64,000 nucleotides of DNA from the human T2T-CHM13v2.0 reference genome, Homo sapiens. Under the pieces are notes generated by a model. The model worked only from the letters and a program-made list of their open reading frames with translations. It searched no databases and was not told the origin of the DNA. Shown piece by piece: positions 1 through 12,700 of this stretch (the first letter of the stretch is position 1; each line of letters begins with the position of its first letter). The stretch is from the NCBI RefSeq assembly GCF_009914755.1, contig NC_060948.1, one strand, 5' to 3'. The position numbers were made by a program, and so were the translations under genes.

Positions 1-404
1 TGGAATAGAAGAGAATAGAATGGAATGCAATGGATAAGAAAGGAATGGATTGGAATGGAAGGGAATGTAGTGTAATGGACTGGCATGGAATAAACTGGAA
101 TGCTACGGTCTCAAATGGAATAAAAATGTATGGAATGGAATGCCATGAAACGGAATCGAATGTCATAGAATGTAATGGAATGCAAAAAAATGGACTCCAA
201 AATCATTGACTGGAAAGGCTGGGTGTCGAAAGGAATTGACTCCAATGGAATGGAATCGAATGGAATGGAAGTGAATAGAATCGAACTAAATCGAATGGAA
301 TGGAATTGATAGGAACGGAATGGAAAGGAATGGAATGATTTGGCATGGAATGGAATCGAATGGACTCGAATGGAATGGAATGGAATGCAATGGAATGGAA
401 TGTA
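1..404 (+). repeat. Partial unit U0 (3' end of a D-type unit)
   Basis: Ends GCAATGGAATGGAATGTATT like U4, U8 and U10, not GCAATGCAATGGAATGTATT like the other main-block units. Confidence 0.8.
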
Positions 405-456
405 TTAGAATGTAGTGAACTTTAATGGAATGAACTCGAATGGATTCGACTGGAAT

Positions 457-471
457 GGAATGTTCTGGAAG
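457..471. promoter_or_regulatory. Perfect three-unit heat-shock element motif 1 (gGAAt gTTCt gGAAg), at anchor+52 in each unit
   Basis: GGAATGTTCTGGAAG fits nGAAnnTTCnnGAAn exactly. Present in 17 of 18 units; U17 has GTTAT (change at 57004). Motif match only, binding not shown. Confidence 0.6.
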
Positions 472-736
472 TGAATGAACTCCAATGGAATGGATTCAAA
501 AGGAATGGAATCGAAGGGAATGGAATCTAATGGAATGGAATGAAATGGAAAGGAATCAAATCGAATAGCACGGAATTGAACTGAATGGAATCGAATGCAA
601 TGGAATCTAATGAAACGGAAAGGAAAGGAATGGAATGGCATGGAATGGGCTGGAATGGAATGGAATCGAAACGAATGGAATGGAATCGAACTGAAGAGAC
701 TGGAATGGAATGCATTGGCATGGAAGGGAGTTTAAT

Positions 737-751
737 GGAAGGTTCTCGAAA
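737..751. promoter_or_regulatory. Perfect three-unit heat-shock element motif 2 (gGAAg gTTCt cGAAa), at anchor+332 in each unit
   Basis: GGAAGGTTCTCGAAA fits nGAAnnTTCnnGAAn exactly. Intact in all 18 units (e.g. 4272, 11341, 60811). Motif match only. Confidence 0.6.
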
Positions 752-3700
752 AGACTGGAATCGAATGGAATGGAATTGAATGGAACGGATATAGAGTCAA
801 ATGGAATTGAATGGAATGGAATGGAGTAGAGTGAAATGGAATCGAGTCACAAGGAATGGACAGGAATAGAACGGTCTCGAATTGAATGGAATCGTATGGA
901 ATGGAATTCAACGGAATGGAATGGACAGCCACGGAATGGAATGCACTCGAATGCAATGGACTCGAAACTAATGGACTGGAATCGAATGGACTCGACTGGT
1001 ACGGACTCCAATGGAATGGAATCGAATGGAATGGAATCGAACGGAATGAACTCGAAGTGAAAAGAGTGCAATGGAAAGGTCTCGAATGGAATGGAAATTA
1101 ATGGAATGGAATGGAATCGAATGAAATGGAGTCAAAAGGAATGGAATCGAATGGCAAGAAATCGAATGTAATGGAATCACAAGGAATGGATGTGAACGGA
1201 ACGGAATGGAATGGAATCAAAAGGAATGGAATCGAATGGAAAGGACTCGAATGGAAATGACTCGAATAGAATGGAATTCAACAAAATAGAGTCAAATGTA
1301 ATGGAATGGAATGGAAAGGAATCGAAACGAAAGGAATGGAGACAGATGGAATGGAATGGAACAGAGAGCAATGGTATAGAATGGAATGGAATCATATGGA
1401 ATGGAATTGAATGGAATGGAATAATATGAAATGGAATGGAAAGGAATGGAATGCACTTGAATTAAATGGACTGGAATGGAATGGACTCGAACGGAGTGGA
1501 ATGGAAAGGATTGAAATAGAATGGAATGGACTCCTTTGGAATGGTCTAGTATTCAATGCAAACGACTGGCAGGGAATCAAAAGGAATGTAATCGAATGGA
1601 TTGGACTGGAATACAATGGACTCGAATACGTTGGAAACGGAATGCAATGGAATGGAATGGAATAGTATGCAATGGAACGGAAAGGAATGAAGTAGAATGG
1701 ACTAGAGTGGAATGGAATGGACTCGAAAGCAATGGACTGGAATGGAACGATCTTGAATGGACCGGAATCAAACGGAACGGAATGCAATGCAAGGCAATCA
1801 AATGGAATGGAATAAAAGAGAATGAAAGAGAATCAAATGCAATTGAATCGAATGGAATCGAATGGATTGGAAAGGAATAGAATGGAATGGAATGGAATTG
1901 ACTCCAATGGAATGGACTAGAACGGAATGGAGTCGAATGGAAGGCAAAGGAATGGAATCTATTGGAATGGACTGTAATGGAATGGCATGGAAGGGATTGG
2001 AATGGACTCGAATGGAAAGGACTGCAATAGAAAGGATTCGAATGGAATGAAAAAGAATTGAATGGAATAGAACAGAATGGAATCAAATCGAATGAAATGG
2101 AATGGAATAGAAAGGAATGGAATGAAATGGAATGGAAAGGATTCAAATGGAATGCAATCGAATGGAATGCAATAGAATGGAATGGAATCGAACGGAATGG
2201 AATAAAATGGAAGGAAACTGGCAAGAAATGGAATCGAAATGAATGGAGTGTTATGGAACGGACTCCAAAGGAATTGAATGTAATAGAATGGAGTGGAGTG
2301 GACTCGAATATAATGGACTGGAATGGAATGGAATCACATGGAATGGGAACGAATGGAATGGAATGGAAAGGAATGGAATCGAATGGAAAGGAATCAAATG
2401 GAAGGGAATGAAATTGAATCAACAGGAATGGAAGGGAATAGAATAGACTGTAATGGAATGGACTCGAATAGAATGGACACGAATGCTCAAATTGGATGGA
2501 CTCGAATGGAATGGAAACGAAAGGAATGTCATCGAATGGAATTGAATCGATTGGAATGAAATGGCATAGAATGGAGTGGAATGAAATGGAATTGAATCGA
2601 AAGGAAAGGAAGCGAATGGACTGAAATGAAATGGAATGGAATTGAATGGAAAGTAATGCAATGGAATAGAATGGAACGAAATTTCACGGAATGGAATCAA
2701 ACAGAATGGAATCAAATCAATGGAATATAATCAAATGGAATGGAATGGAATGGAAAAGAATTGAATGGAATAGATTGGATAGGAAGGGATTGGAATGCAA
2801 TGGAATGGAAAGGACTCGAATTTCATGAAACGGAATGGAATGAATTGGAATGGAATGGACTCGAATGGAATGGAATGTCATGGAATGGCATCAAATGGAA
2901 TGGAATCAAATGGAATGGCATCGAATGCAATGGAATGTTATGGAATGGAATGGAATGTATTGGAATGGAATGTCCTCTAATGGAATGGATTCGAGTGGAA
3001 TGGAATCGAATATAATGGAGTCGAATGAAATGGAATTGAAAGGAATGGGATCGAATAGAATGGAATATACTGGAATGTAATGTAATGAAGTCGAATGTAA
3101 TTGACTGGAATGGAATGTACATGAATGGAATGTAATCGAATGGAAAGTAATCCAATGAAATAGAATCTAATGCAATAAAACCGACTCAAATGGAATAGAA
3201 TGTAATGGAATGGAGTGCAGTGCAATGGAATGGAATGGAATGGAATGGAATGGAGTGGAATGGAATGGAATGGGATGGAATGGTATGGAATGGATAGTAA
3301 AGGACTGGAGTGAAATGGACTGTAAAGGAATGGACTCCAATTGAAAGGGCTCGAAAGGAATGGAGTCAAATGGAATGGTCTGGAATGGAATGAACTCGAA
3401 TGTAATGCAATCCAATAGAATGGAATCGAATGGAATGGAATATAAAGAAATGGAATCGACGAGAATGGAAACAGATGGAATGGAATTGAAAGGAATGGAA
3501 TTGAATGGAATGGGCACGAATGGAATGAAATTGTATGGAATAGAAGAGAATAGAATGGAATGCAATGGATAAGAAAGGAATGGATTGGAATGGAAGGGAA
3601 TGTAGTGTAATGGACTGGCATGGAATAAACTGGAATGCTACGGTCTCAAATGGAATAAAAATGTATGGAATGGAATGCCATGAAACGGAATCGAATGTCA

Positions 3701-6700
3701 TAGAATGTAATGGAATGCAAAAAAATGGACTCCAAAATCATTGACTGGAAAGGCTGGGTGTCGAAAGGAATTGACTCCAATGGAATGGAATCGAACGGAT
3801 TGGAAGTGAATAGAATCGAACTAAATCGAATGGAATGGAATTGATAGGAACGGAATGGAAAGGAATGCAATGATTTGGCATGGAATGGAATCGAATGGAC
3901 TCGAATGGAATGGAATGGAATGCAATGCAATGGAATGTATTAGAATGTAGTGAACTTTAATGGAATGAACTCGAATGGATTCGACTGGAATGGAATGTTC
4001 TGGAAGTGAATGGACTCCAATGGAATGGATTCAAAAGGAATGGAATCGAAGGGAATGGAATCTAATGGAATGGAATGAAATGGAAAGGAATCCAATCGAA
4101 TAGCACGGAATTGAATTGAATGGAATCGAATGCAATGGAATCTAATGAAACGGAAAGGAAAGGAACGGAATGGCATGGAATGGGCTGGAATGGAATGGAA
4201 TCGAAACGAATGGAATGGAATCGAACTGAAGAGACTGGAATGGAATGCACTGGCATGGAAGGGAGTTTAATGGAAGGTTCTCGAAAAGACTGGAATCGAA
4301 TGCAATGGAATTGAATGGAACGGATATAGAGTCAAATGGAATTGAATGGAATGGAATGGAGTAGAGTGAAATGGAATCGAGTCACAAGGAATGGACAGGA
4401 ATAGAACGGTCTCGAATTGAATGGAATCGTATGGAATGGAATTCAACGGAATGGAATGGACAGCCACGGAATGGAATGCACTCGAATGCAATGGACTCGA
4501 AACTAATGGACTGGAATCGAATGGACTCGACTGGTACGGACTCCAATGGAATGGAATCGAATGGAATGGAATCGAACGGAATGGACTCGAAGTGAAAAGA
4601 GTGCAATGGAAAGGTCTCGAATGGAATGGAAATTAATGCAATGGAATGGAATCGAATGAAATGGAGTCAAAAGGAATGGAATCGAATGGCAAGAAATCGA
4701 ATGTAATGGAATCACAAGGAATGGATGTGAACGGAACGGAATGGAATGGAATCAAAAGGAATGGAATCGAATGGAATGGACTCGAATGGAAATGACTCGA
4801 ATAGAATGGAATTCAACAAAATAGAATCAAATGAAATGGAATGGAATGGAAAGGAATCGAAACGAAAGGAATGGAGACAGATGGAATGGAATGGAACAGA
4901 GAGCAATGGTATAGAATGGAATGGAATCATATGGAATGGAATTGAATGGAATGGAATAATATGAAATGGAATGGAAAGGAATGGAATGCACTTGAATTAA
5001 ATGGACTGGAATGGAATGGACTCGAACGGAGTGGAATGGAAAGGATTGAAATAGAATGGAATGGACTCCTTTGGAATGGTCTAGTATGCAATGCAAACGA
5101 CTGGCAGGGAATCAAAAGGAATGTAATCGAATGGATTGGACTGGAATCAATGGACTCGAATACATTGGAAACGGAATGCAATGGAATGGAATGGAATAGT
5201 ATGGAATGGAACGGAAAGGAATGAAGTAGAATGGACTAGAGTGGAATGGAATGGACTCGAAAGCAATGGACTGGAATGGAACGATCTTGAATGGACCGGA
5301 ATCAAACGGAAAGGAATGCAATGCAAGGCAATGAAATGGAATGGAATAAAAGAGAATGAAAGAGAATCAAATGCAATTGAATCGAATGGAATCGAATGGA
5401 TTGGAAAGGAATAGAATGGAATGGAATGGAATTGACTCAAATGGAATGGACTAGAATGGAATGGAGTCGAATGGAAGGCAAAGGAATGGAATCTATTGGA
5501 ATGGACTGTAATGGAATGGCATGGAAGGGATTGGAATGGACTCGAATGGAAAGGACTGCAATGGAAAGGATTCGAATGGAATGAAAAAGAATTGAATGGA
5601 ATAGAACAGAATGGAATCAAATCGAATGAAATGGTATGGAATAGAAAGGAATGGAATGAAACGGAATGGAAAGGATTCAAATGGAATGCAATCGAATGGA
5701 ATGCAATCGAATGGAATGGAATCGAACGGAATGGAATAAAATGGAAGGAAACTGGCAAGAAATGGAAGCGAAATGAATGGAGTGTTATGGAACGGACTCC
5801 AAAGGAATTGAATGTAATAGAATGGAGTGGAGTGGACTCGAATATAATGGACTGGATTGGAATGGAATCACATGGAATGGGAACGAATGGAATGGAATGG
5901 AAAGGAATGGAATCGAATGGATAGGAATCAAATGGAAGGGAATGAAATTGAATCAACCGGAATGGAAGGGAATAGAATAGACTGTAATGGAATGGACTCG
6001 AATAGAATGGACACGAATGCTCAAATTGGATGGACTCGAATGGAATGGAAACGAAAGGAATGTCATCGAATGGAATTGAATCGATTGGAATGAAATGGCA
6101 TAGAATGGATTGGAATGAAATGGAATTGAATCGAAAGGAAAGGAAGCGAATGGACTGAAATGAAATGGAATGGAATTGAATGGAAAGTAATGCAATGGAA
6201 TAGAATGGAACGAAATTTCACGGAATGGAATCAAACAGAATGGAATCAAATCAATGGAATATAATCAAATGGAATGGAATGGAATGGAAAGGAATTGAAT
6301 GGAATAGATTGGATAGGAAGGGATTGGAATGCAATGGAATGGAAAGGACTCGAATTTCATGAAACGGAATGGAATGAATTGGAATGGAATGGACTCGAAT
6401 GGAATGGAATGTCATGGAATGGCATCAAATGGAATGGAATCAAATGGAATGGCATCGAATGCAATGGAATGTTATGGAATGGAATGGAATGTATTGGAAT
6501 GGAATGTCCTCTAATGGAATGGATTCGAGTGGAATGGAATCGAATATAATGGAGTCGAATGAAATGGAATTGAAAGGAATGGGATGGAATAGAATGGAAT
6601 ATACTGGAATGTAATGTAATGAAGTCGAATGTAATTGACTGGAATGGAATGTACATGAATGGAATGTAATCGAATAGAAAGTAATCCAATGAAATAGAAT

Positions 6701-9700
6701 CTAATGCAATAAAACCGACTCAAATGGAATAGAATGTAATGGAATGGAGTGCAGTGCAATGGAATGGAATGGAATGGAATGCAATGGAGTGGAATGGAAT
6801 GGAATGGGATGGAATGGTATGGAATGGATAGTAAAGGACTGGAGTGAAATGGACTGTAAAGGAATGGACTCCAATTGAAAGGGCTCGAAAGGAATGGAGT
6901 CAAATGGAATGGTCTGGAATGGAATGAACTCGAATGTAATGCAATCCAATAGAATGGAATCGAATGGAATGGAATATAAAGAAATGGAATCGACGAGAAT
7001 GGAAACAGATGGAATGGAATTGAAAGGAATGGAATTGAATGGAATGGGCACGAATGGAATGAAATTGTATGGAATAGAAGAGAATAGAATGGAATGCAAT
7101 GGATAAGAAAGGAATGGATTGGAATGGAAGGGAATGTAGTGTAATGGACTGGCATGGAATAAACTGGAATGCTACGGTCTCAAATGGAATAAAAATGTAT
7201 GGAATGGAATGCCATGAAACGGAATCGAATGTCATAGAATGTAATGGAATGCAAAAAAATGGACTCCAAAATCATTGACTGGAAAGGCTGGGTGTCGAAA
7301 GGAATTGACTCCAATGGAATGGAATCGAATGGAACGGAAGTGAATAGAATCGAACTAAATCGAATGGAATGGAATTGATAGGAACGGAATGGAAAGGAAT
7401 GGAATGATTTGGCATGGAATGGAATCGAATGGACTCGAATGGAATGGAATGGAATGCAATGCAATGGAATGTATTAGAATGTAGTGAACTTTAATGGAAT
7501 GAACTCGAATGGATTCGACTGGAATGGAATGTTCTGGAAGTGAATGAACTCCAATGGAATGGATTCAAAAGGAATGGAATCGAAGGGAATGGAATCTAAT
7601 GGAATGGAATGAAATGGAAAGGAATCAAATCGAATAGCACGGAATTGAACTGAATGGAATCGAATGCAATGGAATCTAATGAAACGGAAAGGAAAGGAAT
7701 GGAATGGCATGGAATGGGCTGGAATGGAATGGAATCGAAACGAATGGAATGGAATCGAACTGAAGAGACTGGAATGGAATGCATTGGCATGGAAGGGAGT
7801 TTAATGGAAGGTTCTCGAAAAGACTGGAATCGAATGGAATGGAATTGAATGGAACGGATATAGAGTCAAATGGAATTGAATGGAATGGAATGGAGTAGAG
7901 TGAAATGGAATCGAGTCACAAGGAATGGACAGGAATAGAACGGTCTCGAATTGAATGGAATCGTATGGAATGGCATCAAACGGAATGGAATGGACAGCCA
8001 CGGAATGGAATGCACTCGAATGCAATGGACTCGAAACTAATGGACTGGAATCGAATGGACTCGACTGGTACGGACTCCAATGGAATGGAATCGAATGGAA
8101 TGGAATCGAACGGAATGAACTCGAAGTGAAAAGAGTGCAATGGAAAGGTCTCGAATGGAATGGAAATTAATGGAATGGAATGGAATCGAATGAAATGGAG
8201 TCAAAAGGAATGGAATCGAATGGCAAGAAATCGAATGTAATGGAATCACAAGGAATGGATGTGAACGGAACGGAATGGAATGGAATCAAAAGGAATGGAA
8301 TCGAATGGAATGGACTCGAATGGAAATGACACGAATAGAATGCAATTTAATAAAATAGAATCAAATGTAATGGAATGGAATGGAAAGGAATCGTAACGAA
8401 AGGAATGGAGACAGATGGAATGGAATGGAACAGAGAGCAATGGTATAGAATGGAATGGAATCATATGGAATGGAATTGAATGGAATGGAATAATATGAAA
8501 TGGAATGGAAAGGAATGGAATGCACTTGAATTAAATGGACTGGAATGGAATGGACTCGAACGGAGTGGAATGGAAAGGATTGAAATAGAATGGAATGGAC
8601 TCCTTTGGAATGGTCTAGTATTCAATGCAAACGACTGGCAGGGAATCAAAAGGAATGTAATCGAATGGATTGGACTGGAATACAATGGACTCGAATACGT
8701 TGGAAACGGAATGCAATGGAATGGAATGGAATAGTATGCAATGGAACGGAAAGGAATGAAGTAGAATGGACTAGAGTGGAATGGAATGGACTCGAAAGCA
8801 ATGGACTGGAATGGAACGATCTTGAATGGACCGGAATCAAACGGAACGGAATGCAATGCAAGGCAATCAAATGGAATGGAATAAAAGAGAATGAAAGAGA
8901 ATCAAATGCAATTGAATCGAATGGAATCGAATGGATTGGAAAGGAATAGAATGGAATGGAATGGAATTGACTCCAATGGAATGGACTAGAACGGAATGGA
9001 GTCGAATGGAAGGCAAAGGAATGGAATCTATTGGAATGGACTGTAATGGAATGGCATGGAAGGGATTGGAATGGACTCGAATGGAAAGGACTGCAATAGA
9101 AAGGATTCGAATGGAATGAAAAAGAATTGAATGGAATAGAACAGAATGGAATCAAATCGAATGAAATGGAATGGAATAGAAAGGAATGGAATGAAATGGA
9201 ATGGAAAGGATTCAAATGGAATGCAATCGAATGGAATGCAATAGAATGGAATGGAATCGAACGGAATGGAATAAAATGGAAGGAAACTGGCAAGAAATGG
9301 AATCGAAATGAATGGAGTGTTATGGAACGGACTCCAAAGGAATTGAATGTAATAGAATGGAGTGGAGTGGACTCGAATATAATGGACTGGAATGGAATGG
9401 AATCACATGGAATGGGAACGAATGGAATGGAATGGAAAGGAATGGAATCGAATGGAAAGGAATCAAATGGAAGGGAATGAAATTGAATCAACAGGAATGG
9501 AAGGGAATAGAATAGACTGTAATGGAATGGACTCGAATAGAATGGACACGAATGCTCAAATTGGATGGACTCGAATGGAATGGAAACGAAAGGAATGTCA
9601 TCGAATGGAATTGAATCGATTGGAATGAAATGGCATAGAATGGAGTGGAATGAAATGGAATTGAATCGAAAGGAAAGGAAGCGAATGGACTGAAATGAAA

Positions 9701-12700
9701 TGGAATGGAATTGAATGGAAAGTAATGCAATGGAATAGAATGGAACGAAATTTCACGGAATGGAATCAAACAGAATGGAATCAAATCAATGGAATATAAT
9801 CAAATGGAATGGAATGGAATGGAAAGGAATTGAATGGAATAGATTGGATAGGAAGGGATTGGAATGCAATGGAATGGAAAGGACTCGAATTTCATGAAAC
9901 GGAATGGAATGAATTGGAATGGAATGGACTCGAATGGAATGGAATGTCATGGAATGGCATCAAATGGAATGGAATCAAATGGAATGGCATCGAATGCAAT
10001 GGAATGTTATGGAATGGAATGGAATGTATTGGAATGGAATGTCCTCTAATGGAATGGATTCGAGTGGAATGGAATCGAATATAATGGAGTCGAATGAAAT
10101 GGAATTGAAAGGAATGGGATCGAATAGAATGGAATATACTGGAATGTAATGTAATGAAGTCGAATGTAATTGACTGGAATAGAATGTACATGAATGGAAT
10201 GTAATCGAATGGAAAGTAATCCAATGAAATAGAATCTAATGCAATAAAACCGACTCAAATGGAATAGAATGTAATGGAATGGAGTGCAGTGCAATGGAAT
10301 GGAATGGAATGGAATGGAATGGAGTGGAATGGAATGGAATGGGATGGAATGGTATGGAATGGATAGTAAAGGACTGGAGTGAAATGGACTGTAAAGGAAT
10401 GGACTCCAATTGAAAGGGCTCGAAAGGAATGGAGTCAAATGGAATGGTCTGGAATGGAATGAACTCGAATGTAATGCAATCCAATAGAATGGAATCGAAT
10501 GGAATGGAATATAAAGAAATGGAATCGACGAGAATGGAAACAGATGGAATGGAATTGAAAGGAATGGAATTGAATGGAATGGGCATGAATGGAATGAAAT
10601 TGTATGGAATAGAAGAGAATAGAATGGAATGCAATGGATAAGAAAGGAATGGATTGGAATGGAAGGGAATGTAGTGTAATGGACTGGCATGGAATAAACT
10701 GCAATGCTACGGACTCAAATGGAATAAAAATGTATGGAATGGAATGCCATGAAACGGAATCGAATGTCATAGAATGTAATGGAATGCAAAAAAATGGACT
10801 CCAAAATCATTGACTGGAAAGGCTGGGTGTCGAAAGGAATTGACTCCAATGGAATGGAATCGAATGGAACGGAAGTGAATAGAATCGAACTAAATCGAAT
10901 GGAATGGAATTGATAGGAACGGAATGGAAAGGAATGGAATGATTTGGCATGGAATGGAATCGAATGGACTCGAATGGAATGGAATGGAATGCAATGCAAT
11001 GGAATGTATTAGAATGTAGTGAACTTTAATGGAATGAACTCGAATGGATTCGACTGGAATGGAATGTTCTGGAAGTGAATGGACTCCAATGGAATGGATT
11101 CAAAAGGAATGGAATCGAAGGGAATGGAATCTAATGGAATGGAATGAAATGGAAAGGAATCAAATCGAATAGCACGGAATTGAACTGAATGGAATCGAAT
11201 GCAATGGAATCTAATGAAACGGAAAGGAAAGGAACGGAATGGCATGGAATGGGCTGGAATGGAATGGAATCGAAACGAATGGAAAGGAATCGAACTGAAG
11301 AGACTGGAATGGAATGCACTGGCATGGAAGGGAGTTTAATGGAAGGTTCTCGAAAAGACTGGAATCGAATGCAATGGAATTGAATGGAACGGATATAGAG
11401 TCAAATGGAATTGAATGGAATGGAATGGAGTAGAGTGAAATGGAATCGAGTCACAAGGAATGGACAGGAATAGAACGGTCTCGAATTGAATGGAATCGTA
11501 TGGAATGGAATTCAACGGAATGGAATGGACAGCCACGGAATGGAATGCACTCGAATGCAATGCACTCGAAACTAATGGACTGGAATCGAATGGACTCGAC
11601 TGGTACGGACTCCAATGGAATGGAATCGAATGGAATGGAATCGAACGGAATGGACTCGAAGTGAAAAGAGTGCAATGGAAAGGTCTCGAATGGAATGGAA
11701 ATTAATGGAATGGAATGGAATCGAATGAAATGGAGTCAAAAGGAATGGAATCGAATGGCAAGAAATCGAATGTAATGGAATCACAAGGAATGGATGTGAA
11801 CGGAACGGAATGGAATGGAATCAAAAGGAATGGAATCGAATGGAATGGACTCGAATGGAAATGACTCGAATAGAATGGAATTCAACAAAATAGAATCAAA
11901 TGTAATGGAATGGAATGGAAAGGAATCAAAACGAAAGGAATGGAGACAGATGGAATGGAATGGAACAGAGAACAATTGTATATAATGGAATGGAATCATA
12001 TGGAATGGAATTGAATGGAATGAAATAATATAAAATGGAATGGAAAGGAATGGAATGCACTTGAATTAAATGGACTGGAATGGAATGGACTCGAACGGAG
12101 TGGAATGGAAAGGATTGAAATAGAATGGAATGGACTCCTTTGGAATGGTCTAGTATGCAATGCAAACGACTGGCAGGGAATCAAAAGGAATGTAATCGAA
12201 TGGATTGGCCTGGAATCAATGGACTCGAATACATTGGAAACGGAATGCAATGGAATGGAATGGAATAGTATGGAATGGAACGGAAAGGAATGAAGTAAAA
12301 TGGACTAGAGTGGAATGGAATGGACTCGAAAGCAATGGACTGGAATGGAACGATCTTGAATGGACCGGAATCAAACGGAAAGGAATGCAATGCAAGGCAA
12401 TCAAATGGAATGGAATAAAAGAGAATGAAAGAGAATCAAATGCAATTGAATCGAATGGAATCGAATGGATTGGAAAGGAATAGAATGGAATGGAATGGAA
12501 TTGACTCAAATGGAATGGACTAGAACGGAATGGAGTCGAATGGAAGGCAAAGGAATGGAATCTATTGGAATGGACTGTAATGGAATGGCATGGAAGGGAT
12601 TGGAATGGACTCGAATGGAAAGGACTGCAATAGAAAGGATTCGAATGGAATGAAAAAGAATTGAATGGAATAGAACAGAATGGAATCAAATCGAATGAAA

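Noticed and set aside
217-228. G-rich landmark GGCTGGGTGTCG as a possible Alu fragment or G-quadruplex
   Set aside because: Similarity to an Alu 5' end stops within about 10 bp, it stays in pentamer register, and there are no four G-runs.
3148-3158. DUX4-like motif TAATCCAATGA
   Set aside because: It mismatches the TAAYYYAATCA consensus in the conserved ATCA half, and it is weak in this sequence background.
89-3179. AATAAA hexamers (89, 119, 1811, 2201, 3174) in each unit
   Set aside because: They arise readily from GG>AA decay of GGAAT-GGAAT, and there is no transcript-end evidence here. 3'-end sequencing would be needed.
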